A program made the position numbers and the translations under genes. The notes beneath the pieces were generated by a model. The model made no database searches and had not been told where the DNA came from. It saw only the letters and a program-made list of their open reading frames with translations. This document shows positions 47,565-57,165 of a stretch of DNA of 64,000 nt, in pieces (position 1 is the stretch's first letter; every line of letters begins with the position of its first letter). Source of the stretch: a virus (lineage: Duplodnaviria > Caudoviricetes); IMG/VR virus record IMGVR_UViG_3300021431_004524, positions 32,001 to 96,000 of that record. One strand, given 5' to 3'.

Positions 47565-47595
47565 TTTGTAAGGTAAAATAAAAGCAGTATATTTG
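47565..47595 (+). promoter_or_regulatory. Bacteroidetes-type promoter
   Basis: TTTG-N19-TATATTTG. Confidence 0.7.
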
Positions 47596-47646
47596 CAAGT
47601 GATAGTTTAATATAGATTTGTTTAACAACGTAAATTTAAAAAAGAA

Positions 47647-48540
47647 ATGTTAGAAGACAACATTAAAAAAGAAGCAAAAGTCGTGGATAACGAAGCCTAT
47701 AAGGAAAGGTTTCAATTTCTACTTTGGGTAAATGATAATATTATTTGCCAACGTTATTTTAAGATTAATGGTTATAACAACGATTCTCTGAGGTCTTTAC
47801 AGTTTAAGGAGACAATGGATAATGTTGTTACAATGATTAAAGAGGATTTGATTTCAAAGAGTCGTATCTTTATGTGGTATACGAGGGATGAGCCTGTAAA
47901 GATGAAAGGTTTTGTAAACAATTATGATGGACTTGATTATTCTGATATTATATATTTGACTTCACCGGATTATAAGGATAGTGTGAAATTATCTAACGGT
48001 GAAATTATTGAGAAAGACTACTTTAATTATGCTGAAGGTACTGAGGATTCCTATGCCGATACAGAGGACTTGAAGCCTTGGGATGTTACGTTTAAATTCC
48101 AAATGCTGATTGATGAACAACCTGTGTATGAGCGTATATGGGATGGTACTGTATATCCTAAATATGTGCGCAACGGTGTTGATTTGACTAATTCTGATGT
48201 CTTGTATAAAGACAAGGAACCATCTTCTCTTCATTTCAGTTGTGCTATTATTCGTCATATGACGATTGGTAAAATTGACCTTGTTTACCATATTATCAAG
48301 CAGATTTGTGAGGTTATGAGTTACAAGTTTGAAGATAGTAACAAATATACCAAGCGTATGAAGTATGATGGCAAAAACTATCTTCTCTCAACCTATAATA
48401 AGGATTGGGTCGATGCCGCAAGACAGCATTATGCTGAAAAGACGAAGGCTTATCAGATTGACCTTATGAGAGATGAAAGATATAAGGATACGTTCGGTCT
48501 GACACCTGGTCAGTTTGAATATATCGAGAACCGTTTGTAA
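47647..48540 (+). CDS. Hypothetical protein upstream of the replicative helicase
   Basis: 297-aa ORF with its own promoter and a downstream hairpin. Confidence 0.75.
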   Translation: MLEDNIKKEAKVVDNEAYKERFQFLLWVNDNIICQRYFKINGYNNDSLRSLQFKETMDNVVTMIKEDLISKSRIFMWYTRDEPVKMKGFVNNYDGLDYSDIIYLTSPDYKDSVKLSNGEIIEKDYFNYAEGTEDSYADTEDLKPWDVTFKFQMLIDEQPVYERIWDGTVYPKYVRNGVDLTNSDVLYKDKEPSSLHFSCAIIRHMTIGKIDLVYHIIKQICEVMSYKFEDSNKYTKRMKYDGKNYLLSTYNKDWVDAARQHYAEKTKAYQIDLMRDERYKDTFGLTPGQFEYIENRL

Positions 48541-48564
48541 ACGGTAATCAAATCTCCTTCCTCC

Positions 48565-48591
48565 GGCCGTTCAAATTAGGACGGCCTTTTT
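48565..48591 (+). terminator. Intrinsic terminator
   Basis: GGCCGTT-8 nt-GACGGCC followed by TTTTT. Confidence 0.7.
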
Positions 48592-48636
48592 ATACATTTT
48601 TTTTTTGTTTAACAGAATAATTTTTTTAATTTATAA

Positions 48637-51174
48637 ATGAGTTCTAATCGTAATGATAGAAGTACATTAGGATATCTTGGTGCTGATTTCCAGTTAAAAC
48701 TTGTAAAATGTTTTTTTGAAGACCAAAAGTATTTTGCAAATATACAGGAAATCGTAGACCAAAATATGTTTAGCAATGAACATCTTAGAAGAATTGTAGG
48801 TTTCATGAAAGACCGTTATAACTTTAATGAGACCGTTACAACTTATTTTGAGATGGAAACTATAATCAGAAGTAAAGTTTCGGACGCAATTTCAGTTGAG
48901 CAACTTCTTGCCCATCTTGAGAAAATCAAGGAGATGGACTTAACCGGTATGGATTTGGTCGAGGAAGAATCGGAAAATTTCTTCAAGCAACAGAATCTTA
49001 CCAAGGCAATAAACAAGGCACAGGATATTATTAAGAAAGGTGAATTTGACAATTATTATGTAATTGAAGATGTAATAAAAAAAGCCCTTGAAACAAACAC
49101 CAAAGAAGAAGGCGGAAAAAGGTTGTTCGAAAATATTGATAAAACGCTTTCTGAGGATGCCAAGATAAGAATACCTACGGGAGCAGATAAACTTGATGCG
49201 ACACTGCATGGTGGTCTTGCAAAAGGCGAATTGGGGGTAATAATCGCACCAAGCGGTATCGGAAAAGCTCAACCACTTACTTCAAAGGTGCTTACACCAA
49301 CTGGTTTCAAGACTATGGGTGAAATGAAAGTCGGTGAAATGGTGATTGGCGGTGACGGTAAGCCGCATCAGGTGATTGGCGTATTCCCACAAGGAAAAAG
49401 ACCTGTATATAAGGTTAGTTTTAGCAATGGTACAAGCTGTGAGTGTGATATTGACCATTTGTGGAATGTAAATACTTATTATCAGAGAACTCGTAAAACA
49501 TATGTTAAAGGGAGTGGTGTGAAAAACATGAAACGGGAATATAATAGTGATAAAACGTTTAAAACGTGGAGTCTTAGAGAAATTATAGACCGTGGAATAA
49601 TTAAGTATTTTCCAAATTCCGGAAGGAAAACTTATGTTTTTAAAGTGCCTGTTGTAAAACCGATTGAATTTGATAAACAAGAAGTTCCTATTAATCCGTA
49701 TTTAGCAGGTTATTATATTGGTGATGGATGTTTCCAAAAACAGAATATTAGTGTTGGTATACAAGATAAAGAGTCTGCATTTAATGAACTGAGTGTTATA
49801 TTAAAAGATGAACTACATCCATTTTTTAATGAGAAACGAAATATATGGTCTTTTAACTTAACAGGAAGTATTAGAAAAAAATGTATTGATACATTTGGTG
49901 TTTGTAACAGTAAAGATAAAGAGATACCTGAATGTTATTTGTTGAATACAAAAGAAGTAAGAATTAGTATACTTCAAGGTTTAATGGATTCAGACGGTAC
50001 AGTATACAAAAACGGTCATTCTGAATTTAACACCAAAAGTAAAAAACTTGCAGAACAGGTAACTTTTTTGGTTAAATCTCTTGGGGGTTATGTTAGTGTA
50101 AAAGAAAAAAAGAGTAGTTATTTTAATAAAAAATATAATAAACGTATTGATTGTGGTATTAGTTATCGTGTAAGCATTATGCTAAATGATGAAAATATAT
50201 CTTTATATCGTTTTAAAAGAAAACAAGACAGAGTTAAATATCGCACTAAGTATAAAGAAAGTATTTACATTACCGATGTTGAATATTTGAGGGAAGATGA
50301 AACTCAATGTATATTGGTTGATTCTGACGAGCATCTTTATGTGACCGATGACTTCATTGTGACACATAATACCTCTGCTACAACCGGTTTTGCTGCCAAT
50401 GCTGCAATAACCAAATGTAAGAGTAATAATGATAAAGGTTTCAAAGTACTGCATTATTTCTTTGAGGATGAGGAAAACGATATAGAAAGAAAATATTATG
50501 GTTTTTTAACAGGCTACGATGCCGGTGATTTGCATTTGCCTCATATTAGACCGTATGTAATAGAAATATTAAATGAGAATGCTGAAACAAAACGCATGCT
50601 TCGTGAGAATATTAAATTTGAACGGTTAATAAGTGGCGAGGTAACGGCTTCACAGATTAAAAACAAAATAAGACATGAAATTGCACTCGGTTTTAAACCT
50701 GATTTAGTTATTATTGACTATTTTGAATGCTTGAAGGCTGAAAAGGGTGACAAAAGTGATAGTGAATGGACAAAAGAGGCTATTACAATGAGAAAGTTGG
50801 AAGCCATTGCACATGAATTCGATATTGCTATATGGGTTCCGATACAAGGCACAAAAGATTCACTAGGACAGGAACTTGTCGGTCTTATGCATGCAGGCGG
50901 TTCAGTAAAGAAAATACAGATTGCTCATGTCATTATCACTTTTGCGGCCAGTGATGCCATGAAGTTGGATGGTAAACTTAACATTGCCATTGGTAAGTTC
51001 AGAGGTGGAAAACTTGATAGGAATAAATTCATGAATGTCTATTTTAACAACGGAACTTGTAGGTTTGACATGAGTGAAGTCGATGAAAATAACGATGATA
51101 TGTCTTTTGACGAAAAGCAATCAAGTAGATTGAATGAAATTGCAAGGCAAACCAAACAAACTTATCAAAAATAA
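48637..51174 (+). CDS. dnaB: DnaB/gp41-like replicative helicase containing an intein
   Basis: IPTG...LDATLHGGLAKGELGVIIAPSGIGK|intein|TS (Walker A), PDLVIIDYFE, IWVPIQG. Confidence 0.9.
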   Translation: MSSNRNDRSTLGYLGADFQLKLVKCFFEDQKYFANIQEIVDQNMFSNEHLRRIVGFMKDRYNFNETVTTYFEMETIIRSKVSDAISVEQLLAHLEKIKEMDLTGMDLVEEESENFFKQQNLTKAINKAQDIIKKGEFDNYYVIEDVIKKALETNTKEEGGKRLFENIDKTLSEDAKIRIPTGADKLDATLHGGLAKGELGVIIAPSGIGKAQPLTSKVLTPTGFKTMGEMKVGEMVIGGDGKPHQVIGVFPQGKRPVYKVSFSNGTSCECDIDHLWNVNTYYQRTRKTYVKGSGVKNMKREYNSDKTFKTWSLREIIDRGIIKYFPNSGRKTYVFKVPVVKPIEFDKQEVPINPYLAGYYIGDGCFQKQNISVGIQDKESAFNELSVILKDELHPFFNEKRNIWSFNLTGSIRKKCIDTFGVCNSKDKEIPECYLLNTKEVRISILQGLMDSDGTVYKNGHSEFNTKSKKLAEQVTFLVKSLGGYVSVKEKKSSYFNKKYNKRIDCGISYRVSIMLNDENISLYRFKRKQDRVKYRTKYKESIYITDVEYLREDETQCILVDSDEHLYVTDDFIVTHNTSATTGFAANAAITKCKSNNDKGFKVLHYFFEDEENDIERKYYGFLTGYDAGDLHLPHIRPYVIEILNENAETKRMLRENIKFERLISGEVTASQIKNKIRHEIALGFKPDLVIIDYFECLKAEKGDKSDSEWTKEAITMRKLEAIAHEFDIAIWVPIQGTKDSLGQELVGLMHAGGSVKKIQIAHVIITFAASDAMKLDGKLNIAIGKFRGGKLDRNKFMNVYFNNGTCRFDMSEVDENNDDMSFDEKQSSRLNEIARQTKQTYQK
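49267..50370 (+). mobile_element. Class 3 intein (368 aa, Ala1) with LAGLIDADG homing endonuclease
   Basis: Starts AQPLTSKVLTPTG; block B DHLW; PYLAGYYIGDG and LQGLMDSDG LAGLIDADG motifs; block F TQCILVD; ends IVTHN|T. Confidence 0.9.
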
Positions 51175-51362
51175 ATGTGATTAAATAGACAGAAATTAAT
51201 ATTTTTAATAAAATTTTTTTATATTTTTTTATTCTGTGTATATCAGACAGTTAAGTGAGTTGCCTATATTTTTTAACAAAAATCGGTGACTTTTTTGAAA
51301 GACGATATGATATATATTATATACCAAAGTTACAGAATAAAGATTAAAAAATAATATAAATT

Positions 51363-53558
51363 ATGCGTGTAAGAAAAAGTGATGGCTCTTTTGAAGAGTA
51401 TAATTCAAACAAGGTTAAACGCGGTATCTGTGAGGCGTATACCGCAGTTAATGAGACATGCCCAGATGGGTTAATTGATTCGTTGGCAAATAACCTTTTT
51501 ATTTACGACAATATTTCTTCTAGTGAAATAAGAAGACAAGTTGAAGAGGCGTTAATGTCAGTGAACAAGAAAGTGGCTAGGGAGTATATTAAGAAATATG
51601 AAGAAAAACAAGATAAGGATAAAACTCTTAAAAAAGATAGTGATTTTATAAGAGACTATATCAGTGCATCAAATGCTTCATCCGGTTCAAAATATGATTC
51701 TAATGCTAATGTTGAAAATAAAAATATTGTAACACTTGGACAAGAACTTCATAAAGGCAAGAATATTCAGCAAAATAGGTATATAATGCATAATAAGATA
51801 AAGGCGTTATATTCTAAAAAACTCGCTGACCAATATATAAAGGATATTGAAACACATGTATTATATAAACATGATGAAAGTGGTACACCCGGTTATCCTT
51901 ATTGCGTGGCAATCACAATGTATCCATTCCTTATTGATGGTTTAAGAAATATTGGCGGTCAATCAAAAGCACCAACAGACCTTAAATCATACTGCGGAGA
52001 GTTTATAAATTTGGTTTATTCAGTATCATCACAATTTATGGGGGCTGTTGCAACACCAGAATTCCTTATGTATATGGACTATTTCATTAGAAAGGATTAT
52101 GGTGACGATTATCTTGATATACTTGATAAACAAGTTGAACTTAACAGGAAGGGTAGAACCCTTGAACAAGTTATTGAGAATTGCTTTCAACAGGTTGTTC
52201 ATTCTATGAATATGCCGGCGGGTAATCGTGGCTATCAAACGGTTTTTTGGAATGTAGGTTATTTTGATAAAAATTATTTTGATGGCGTATTCGGAGAATT
52301 TAGATTTCCTGATGGAACTGCGCCAAAATGGGAAACATTATCTTGGTTGCAGAAGAAATTCATGAAATGGTTCAATGAGGAAAGAACAAAGTATATATTG
52401 ACTTTCCCAGTCGAGACAATGGCGATGCTTACCGATGGTCATGATATAATAGACAAGGAATATGCCGATTTTACAGCTGAAATGTGGGCTGAAGGACACT
52501 CGTTCTTCTGTTATTTGAGTGATTCACCAGACTCTTTGAGTTCTTGTTGCAGACTTAGAAACTCATTGAAAGATGGAGAGGAAGATGACGAACATAACCA
52601 CACGACACACCAATTCTCTATGGGTACTGCATCAGTAGCGACAGGTTCAAAGTCTGTAATGACCATTAACCTTAATCGCGTTATTCAGAATGCCACAAGA
52701 GAGTATTTTGAGAAAGTTGAAGGTAAAAAGTTGGAGAATGGTGTACAAGTAGATATTCATAAGGTAAAGGATAAGAAAGCACTTTATGAATATATTGCTA
52801 ATGGCGTTACTGAAATGACTGAGAGAGTACACAAGTACCAAAGAGCATTTAATGAGATTATTAAGGATTTCCTTAACGCAAATATGCTTGACATATATAG
52901 AGCCGGATTCATTAACATGAAGAAACAGTATCTTACCATTGGTGTGAATGGCCTTACAGATGCAGCTGAGTTCTTATCAATTAATGCAAACCTTAATGAT
53001 GACTACGAGGAATTTGTAAATATGATTCTTGAAACTATCAATATCTCTAATAAGAAAGATAGAACAAGAGATTGTATGTATAACACAGAGTTTGTTCCAG
53101 GTGAAAACCTTTCTAATAAAAACTATAATTGGGATAAGAAAGATGGTTACTATGTATCGCCAAAGCATATAATGTATAGTAGTTATTTTTTCAATCCTGA
53201 AGATACTGAATTATCAATCCTTGATAAGATGAAATTACATGGCAAGAATTATGTAAAGTATCTTGACGGCGGACAGGCGGCACATTTGAATATTAATGAA
53301 CATCTTTCATTTGAACAATATAGGCATTTATTGAAAGTCGCATCTGAATATGGCTGTAGTTATTTCACCTATAATTGTAAGAATTCAGTTTGCAACGATT
53401 GTGGGTATATAAGCAAAGACACATTAGATGTTTGTCCTAAGTGTGGAAGCCACAATATAGATTATCTTACAAGAATAATCGGTTATCTTAAACGTGTTAG
53501 TTCTTTCAACGAAGCAAGACAAATAGAAGAACATATGAGAAATTATAATAAAGAATAA
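51363..53558 (+). CDS. nrdD: Anaerobic (class III) ribonucleotide reductase with N-terminal ATP cone
   Basis: ATP cone VRKSDGS.E.YN..K; LTFPVET; SSCCRL finger loop; CxxC...CPKC; TRIIGYL glycyl-radical motif. Confidence 0.95.
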   Translation: MRVRKSDGSFEEYNSNKVKRGICEAYTAVNETCPDGLIDSLANNLFIYDNISSSEIRRQVEEALMSVNKKVAREYIKKYEEKQDKDKTLKKDSDFIRDYISASNASSGSKYDSNANVENKNIVTLGQELHKGKNIQQNRYIMHNKIKALYSKKLADQYIKDIETHVLYKHDESGTPGYPYCVAITMYPFLIDGLRNIGGQSKAPTDLKSYCGEFINLVYSVSSQFMGAVATPEFLMYMDYFIRKDYGDDYLDILDKQVELNRKGRTLEQVIENCFQQVVHSMNMPAGNRGYQTVFWNVGYFDKNYFDGVFGEFRFPDGTAPKWETLSWLQKKFMKWFNEERTKYILTFPVETMAMLTDGHDIIDKEYADFTAEMWAEGHSFFCYLSDSPDSLSSCCRLRNSLKDGEEDDEHNHTTHQFSMGTASVATGSKSVMTINLNRVIQNATREYFEKVEGKKLENGVQVDIHKVKDKKALYEYIANGVTEMTERVHKYQRAFNEIIKDFLNANMLDIYRAGFINMKKQYLTIGVNGLTDAAEFLSINANLNDDYEEFVNMILETINISNKKDRTRDCMYNTEFVPGENLSNKNYNWDKKDGYYVSPKHIMYSSYFFNPEDTELSILDKMKLHGKNYVKYLDGGQAAHLNINEHLSFEQYRHLLKVASEYGCSYFTYNCKNSVCNDCGYISKDTLDVCPKCGSHNIDYLTRIIGYLKRVSSFNEARQIEEHMRNYNKE

Positions 53559-53570
53559 TTTTATTTTAAA

Positions 53571-53804
53571 ATGATACAAATATTACGTAAAGACGGATGG
53601 AAACTAAATCCAAATGATAAAATCGTTAATGCCATATTAAAAAGATGTGAAAAGTGTGATGGATTATGCCCTTGTACACACGATTCTGAGGATTATGAAG
53701 GTAAGGATTTACATTGTCCATGTACTGATTACAAAATAAAAGATGTATGCGAATGTGGATTATATGTAAAAGATTCAAATTGGGATTACATAACAAAAAG
53801 GTAA
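53571..53804 (+). CDS. Ferredoxin-thioredoxin reductase catalytic subunit-like protein
   Basis: GWKLNPND...GLCPC...LHCPC...VCECGLYV, i.e. the CPC/CPC/CxC signature. Confidence 0.75.
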   Translation: MIQILRKDGWKLNPNDKIVNAILKRCEKCDGLCPCTHDSEDYEGKDLHCPCTDYKIKDVCECGLYVKDSNWDYITKR

Positions 53805-53808
53805 ATTT

Positions 53809-54288
53809 ATGATAAAATATTATAATGCGATGGTAGTATTTGAAGAAATTCCGGATGAAGTGACACTAGCAATTAATATAACAAATTGTCCGTGTCATTG
53901 TCCGGGTTGCCATTCAAAGTTTTTGTGGGATAATGTTGGTACTGAACTAACAGAAGAAGAGTTACACAAGTTAATTTTAAAAAATGATGGAATAACATGT
54001 GTTTGTTTTATGGGCGGAGATTCAGACCCAGAAGATGTTGTTAGATTATCTGAATATGTAAATTGTATAGAACATTTAAACGTTGGATGGTACAGTGGTA
54101 GGGATGAATTTGTGAACAGTCTCAACTACGATTTTTTTGAATATGTCAAAATTGGCCATTATGATATGAATTTAGGTGGTTTGGATAGTAAAACAACTAA
54201 TCAACGCTTATACAAGAAAAAAATAAGCACATCCAATGGCTTGAATTTACCTACATGGCATGATATAACAAATAAGTTTTGGAAATAA
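53809..54288 (+). CDS. nrdG: Anaerobic RNR activase (radical SAM)
   Basis: CPCHCPGCHS, CFMGG, WYSG, KIGHY...GGL...TTNQRLY. Confidence 0.9.
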   Translation: MIKYYNAMVVFEEIPDEVTLAINITNCPCHCPGCHSKFLWDNVGTELTEEELHKLILKNDGITCVCFMGGDSDPEDVVRLSEYVNCIEHLNVGWYSGRDEFVNSLNYDFFEYVKIGHYDMNLGGLDSKTTNQRLYKKKISTSNGLNLPTWHDITNKFWK

Positions 54289-54308
54289 TAATTTATAAAT
54301 AATCTCAG

Positions 54309-54338
54309 AACACCTATATTTAATATTATAGGTGTTTT
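54309..54338 (+). terminator. Terminator hairpin after nrdG, with a candidate late motif in its loop
   Basis: AACACCTATA-TTTAATAT-TATAGGTGTT plus T run. Confidence 0.7.
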
Positions 54339-54350
54339 ATTTTATACAAT

Positions 54351-54737
54351 ATGGCAAGAACTCAACACTATGGAATTAAATTTCCTTTTAATATTAAAAG
54401 TGATGAAAAAACGTTTGTTGATTTAGATACTACGGCAGGAGAAGGTATCAAATCACAAATTATGCATCTTATCTTTACCCCAATCGGGCAAAGGATAAGA
54501 AGACCTCTTTTTGGCTCTAAACTCATACAGTTTATTTTCAATCCAAACGATAATCAGACGTATGGTGATGTTGTATCGGAAATAAAGGATATGGTAAAGA
54601 GGAATATACCTAATTGCAGTCTTGATGATATAAATGTCTATGAAATCAATGATGGTTTAGGACTTGTTGCAAGTATAAAATACAGCGTTAGCGAAAATGG
54701 TGGAACAACCCAATATCAAATAATGACTAATTTGTAA
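54351..54737 (+). CDS. Baseplate wedge / sheath initiator (T4 gp25-like)
   Basis: GIKFPF...IKSQIMHLIFTPIGQRIRRPLFGS.L...FNPND. Confidence 0.9.
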   Translation: MARTQHYGIKFPFNIKSDEKTFVDLDTTAGEGIKSQIMHLIFTPIGQRIRRPLFGSKLIQFIFNPNDNQTYGDVVSEIKDMVKRNIPNCSLDDINVYEINDGLGLVASIKYSVSENGGTTQYQIMTNL

Positions 54738-54765
54738 TTCAAATAAAGAATTTTAATTAAATAAT

Positions 54766-56784
54766 ATGGCAGAGAGTAGAATACAATATTCAGCAAGGAA
54801 TTTTGATGATTTTAGAAAAGCGTTATTGGATATTTCAATGAAGTATTATCCTGACATAGCAGACAGTTATAATGACGCGTCTGTCGGTTCATGGTTTATA
54901 GACTTGTTTGCTGATGTGGCTGATGCTTTAAATTATCATATTGATAGGACGTATCAGGAAACTTCGGTCAATGCAGCCGGACAGAGAAGTTCTTTGTTGA
55001 GTATTGCAAGAAATAATGGTTTGAAGGTTCCTGGTAAAAAGGCCGCTGTCGTGGAGATTGAACTTTCTTGCGAGTTACCTTTAAATGCACAAGGTAGTGC
55101 AGCAACGGGTAATTTAAGGGAGGCTGATGAGAATTATGCCCCATATGTTAAGCGTGGCACATTATTTTCTACCGGACTTGTAACCTTTGAATTAGTTAAT
55201 GATGTTGATTTTAAAGAACAGTTTGATGAGAATGGTATATCGAACAGACAGATAATACCAAATCACGATTCAAATGGTAACATTATAAGCTATACATATA
55301 AAAAATTAGGTATTGCCGTTGCCGGACAAAGTAAGGTTTACAAAAGGGTTATCTCAAACAGTGATATTAAGCCTTTTATGAGTGTATTGTTGCAGGATAA
55401 GGATATTCTTGGTGTTGAAAGTATTCTTGTTAAACAAGGAACTGACTTGTCTACAAATCCTATGATAAAGGAATATAGTGTAGATAAGGAGACTTTTGAA
55501 GATAAGGATGGAAAACCAATTAATAGGTATTTTGAAGTTGATAACCTTGCAGAACAATATAGGTTTGGGGTTGATGAAAACGCCCCCACATGGGAAACTG
55601 AAACAACAAGTTACGCAACAACAGCCGATGGCGAACCAGTTCAGTTTGAAAAGGCGATTCAGATAACTCATGTCGCAAAAGGACAATGGAAACGTCTTAA
55701 AAATAAGTTTACAACTGAGTTTACAGACAATAATTCACTTAAAATAACATTTGGCGCAGGACTTAAAAATCAATATGGTACAATCCCGACTGATGCAAGA
55801 TTATTTACACAATATATAATGTCCAGAATGGAGGCTAATGATTATATGGGTGTATTACCTGAGCCGAATACGACAATGTATATACTTTACAGAGTTGGTG
55901 GTGGAGAACAGAGTAATATTGCAAAAGATACACTTACAAATATAATCAATTTAAGTATGACGATTGACGGTAACTGTGATGACGGCGAAGATTCAAGAAA
56001 GAAACGTAACGTTAAAAATTCATTAAAGGTTACTAATACGACACCTTCTTATGGCGGTAAGGATGAACCATCAGATGAGGAACTTAGACAGTTAATCAAA
56101 TACAATTCTGCTGCCAAGAACCGTTGTGTTACGTTACATGATTATGTTGCGAGGATAAATGAATTACCGGCAAAATACGGTACGCCATTCCGTTGCGGGG
56201 TAATTGAGGAAAACAATAAGGTCGTAATATATACGCTTGGTCTTGATTCCGAAGGACACTTAGAACCTAAATTATCTGAATATGTTGCAAATAATATAAA
56301 GGAATATCTGTCAATGTATAGGATGATTAATGACTTTGTTGAAATACGTTCCGGTAAAGTTATAAACGTTTCATTTGAAGTCGATATTTTCGTTGACAAA
56401 TCATATGAAAAATCTGAAGTGGTTAAGAGGGTTATCGAAAAAATAACTGAATATATGGACATACGTAACCATTTAATGGGTGATGAGTATTTCATTGGTG
56501 ATTTGGAGAAAGAGATTTCAAAACTTGATGGTGTTAAGAACCTTATTGAGTTAAGGGTTTACAATAAAGTTGGTACGGAAAACGGATATTCGGCTGATGA
56601 AACAACACAACAATTGATTGACCCGAATGATTGCTGCTATGATGAGTATGGCGAAGGAAATAGTAATTTTGATAGAAGAATAGACCTTAAAGCAAGTGAC
56701 AAGATTTTATTCACTGAGGCAAATAGTCTATTGGAAATCAAATATCCTAACCGTGATATAAGGGTTAATGTTCGTGAAAGATAA
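54766..56784 (+). CDS. Baseplate wedge protein (T4 gp6 / baseplate J-like)
   Basis: RNFDDFR..L, ARNNGLK.PG, ITFG.G, YRVGGG..SN, GGKDEPS.EE, RCVTLHDY. Confidence 0.88.
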   Translation: MAESRIQYSARNFDDFRKALLDISMKYYPDIADSYNDASVGSWFIDLFADVADALNYHIDRTYQETSVNAAGQRSSLLSIARNNGLKVPGKKAAVVEIELSCELPLNAQGSAATGNLREADENYAPYVKRGTLFSTGLVTFELVNDVDFKEQFDENGISNRQIIPNHDSNGNIISYTYKKLGIAVAGQSKVYKRVISNSDIKPFMSVLLQDKDILGVESILVKQGTDLSTNPMIKEYSVDKETFEDKDGKPINRYFEVDNLAEQYRFGVDENAPTWETETTSYATTADGEPVQFEKAIQITHVAKGQWKRLKNKFTTEFTDNNSLKITFGAGLKNQYGTIPTDARLFTQYIMSRMEANDYMGVLPEPNTTMYILYRVGGGEQSNIAKDTLTNIINLSMTIDGNCDDGEDSRKKRNVKNSLKVTNTTPSYGGKDEPSDEELRQLIKYNSAAKNRCVTLHDYVARINELPAKYGTPFRCGVIEENNKVVIYTLGLDSEGHLEPKLSEYVANNIKEYLSMYRMINDFVEIRSGKVINVSFEVDIFVDKSYEKSEVVKRVIEKITEYMDIRNHLMGDEYFIGDLEKEISKLDGVKNLIELRVYNKVGTENGYSADETTQQLIDPNDCCYDEYGEGNSNFDRRIDLKASDKILFTEANSLLEIKYPNRDIRVNVRER

Positions 56785-56809
56785 TGAATACTATTTTTTA
56801 ACGTTTACG

Positions 56810-56842
56810 ACACTCTATTAATAGGAATAGGGTGTTTTTTTA
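56810..56842 (+). terminator. Intrinsic terminator
   Basis: ACACTCTATT-6 nt-AATAGGGTGT plus T run. Confidence 0.7.
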
Positions 56843-56890
56843 TTGAATAAAAGGTACATTTTACCTATTTTTATATTAAAATTATATATA

Positions 56891-57145
56891 ATGCCTTGTA
56901 ATTGTAAAAATAAAGTAAAGAAAATGGAGAAATATTCTGAAGACATTGTGAATGACGATGCCAAAAAGATTAAGAATCCATTTTTGAAAATATTAGAGAT
57001 TTTATTGCAAATTTGTTTTGGAATTTTCTGCGGTATCGTAATTATTATTATGATAGTGCCAATGTTGTTATACATTATCGGCTGTCTTATCACCGGTAAA
57101 GAGGCACATTTCAAGATTAGAAACATTTTTAAAAAGAAAAAATAA
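56891..57145 (+). CDS. Small membrane protein (MPCNCK start)
   Basis: 84 aa with one long hydrophobic segment and a basic C-terminus. Confidence 0.6.
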   Translation: MPCNCKNKVKKMEKYSEDIVNDDAKKIKNPFLKILEILLQICFGIFCGIVIIIMIVPMLLYIIGCLITGKEAHFKIRNIFKKKK

Positions 57146-57165
57146 ACCGTTTTTAAGCACGTTTA

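Noticed and set aside
51175-51362. NrdR boxes or a riboswitch upstream of nrdD
   Set aside because: No convincing tandem palindromic NrdR consensus or stable structure; mostly A/T runs.
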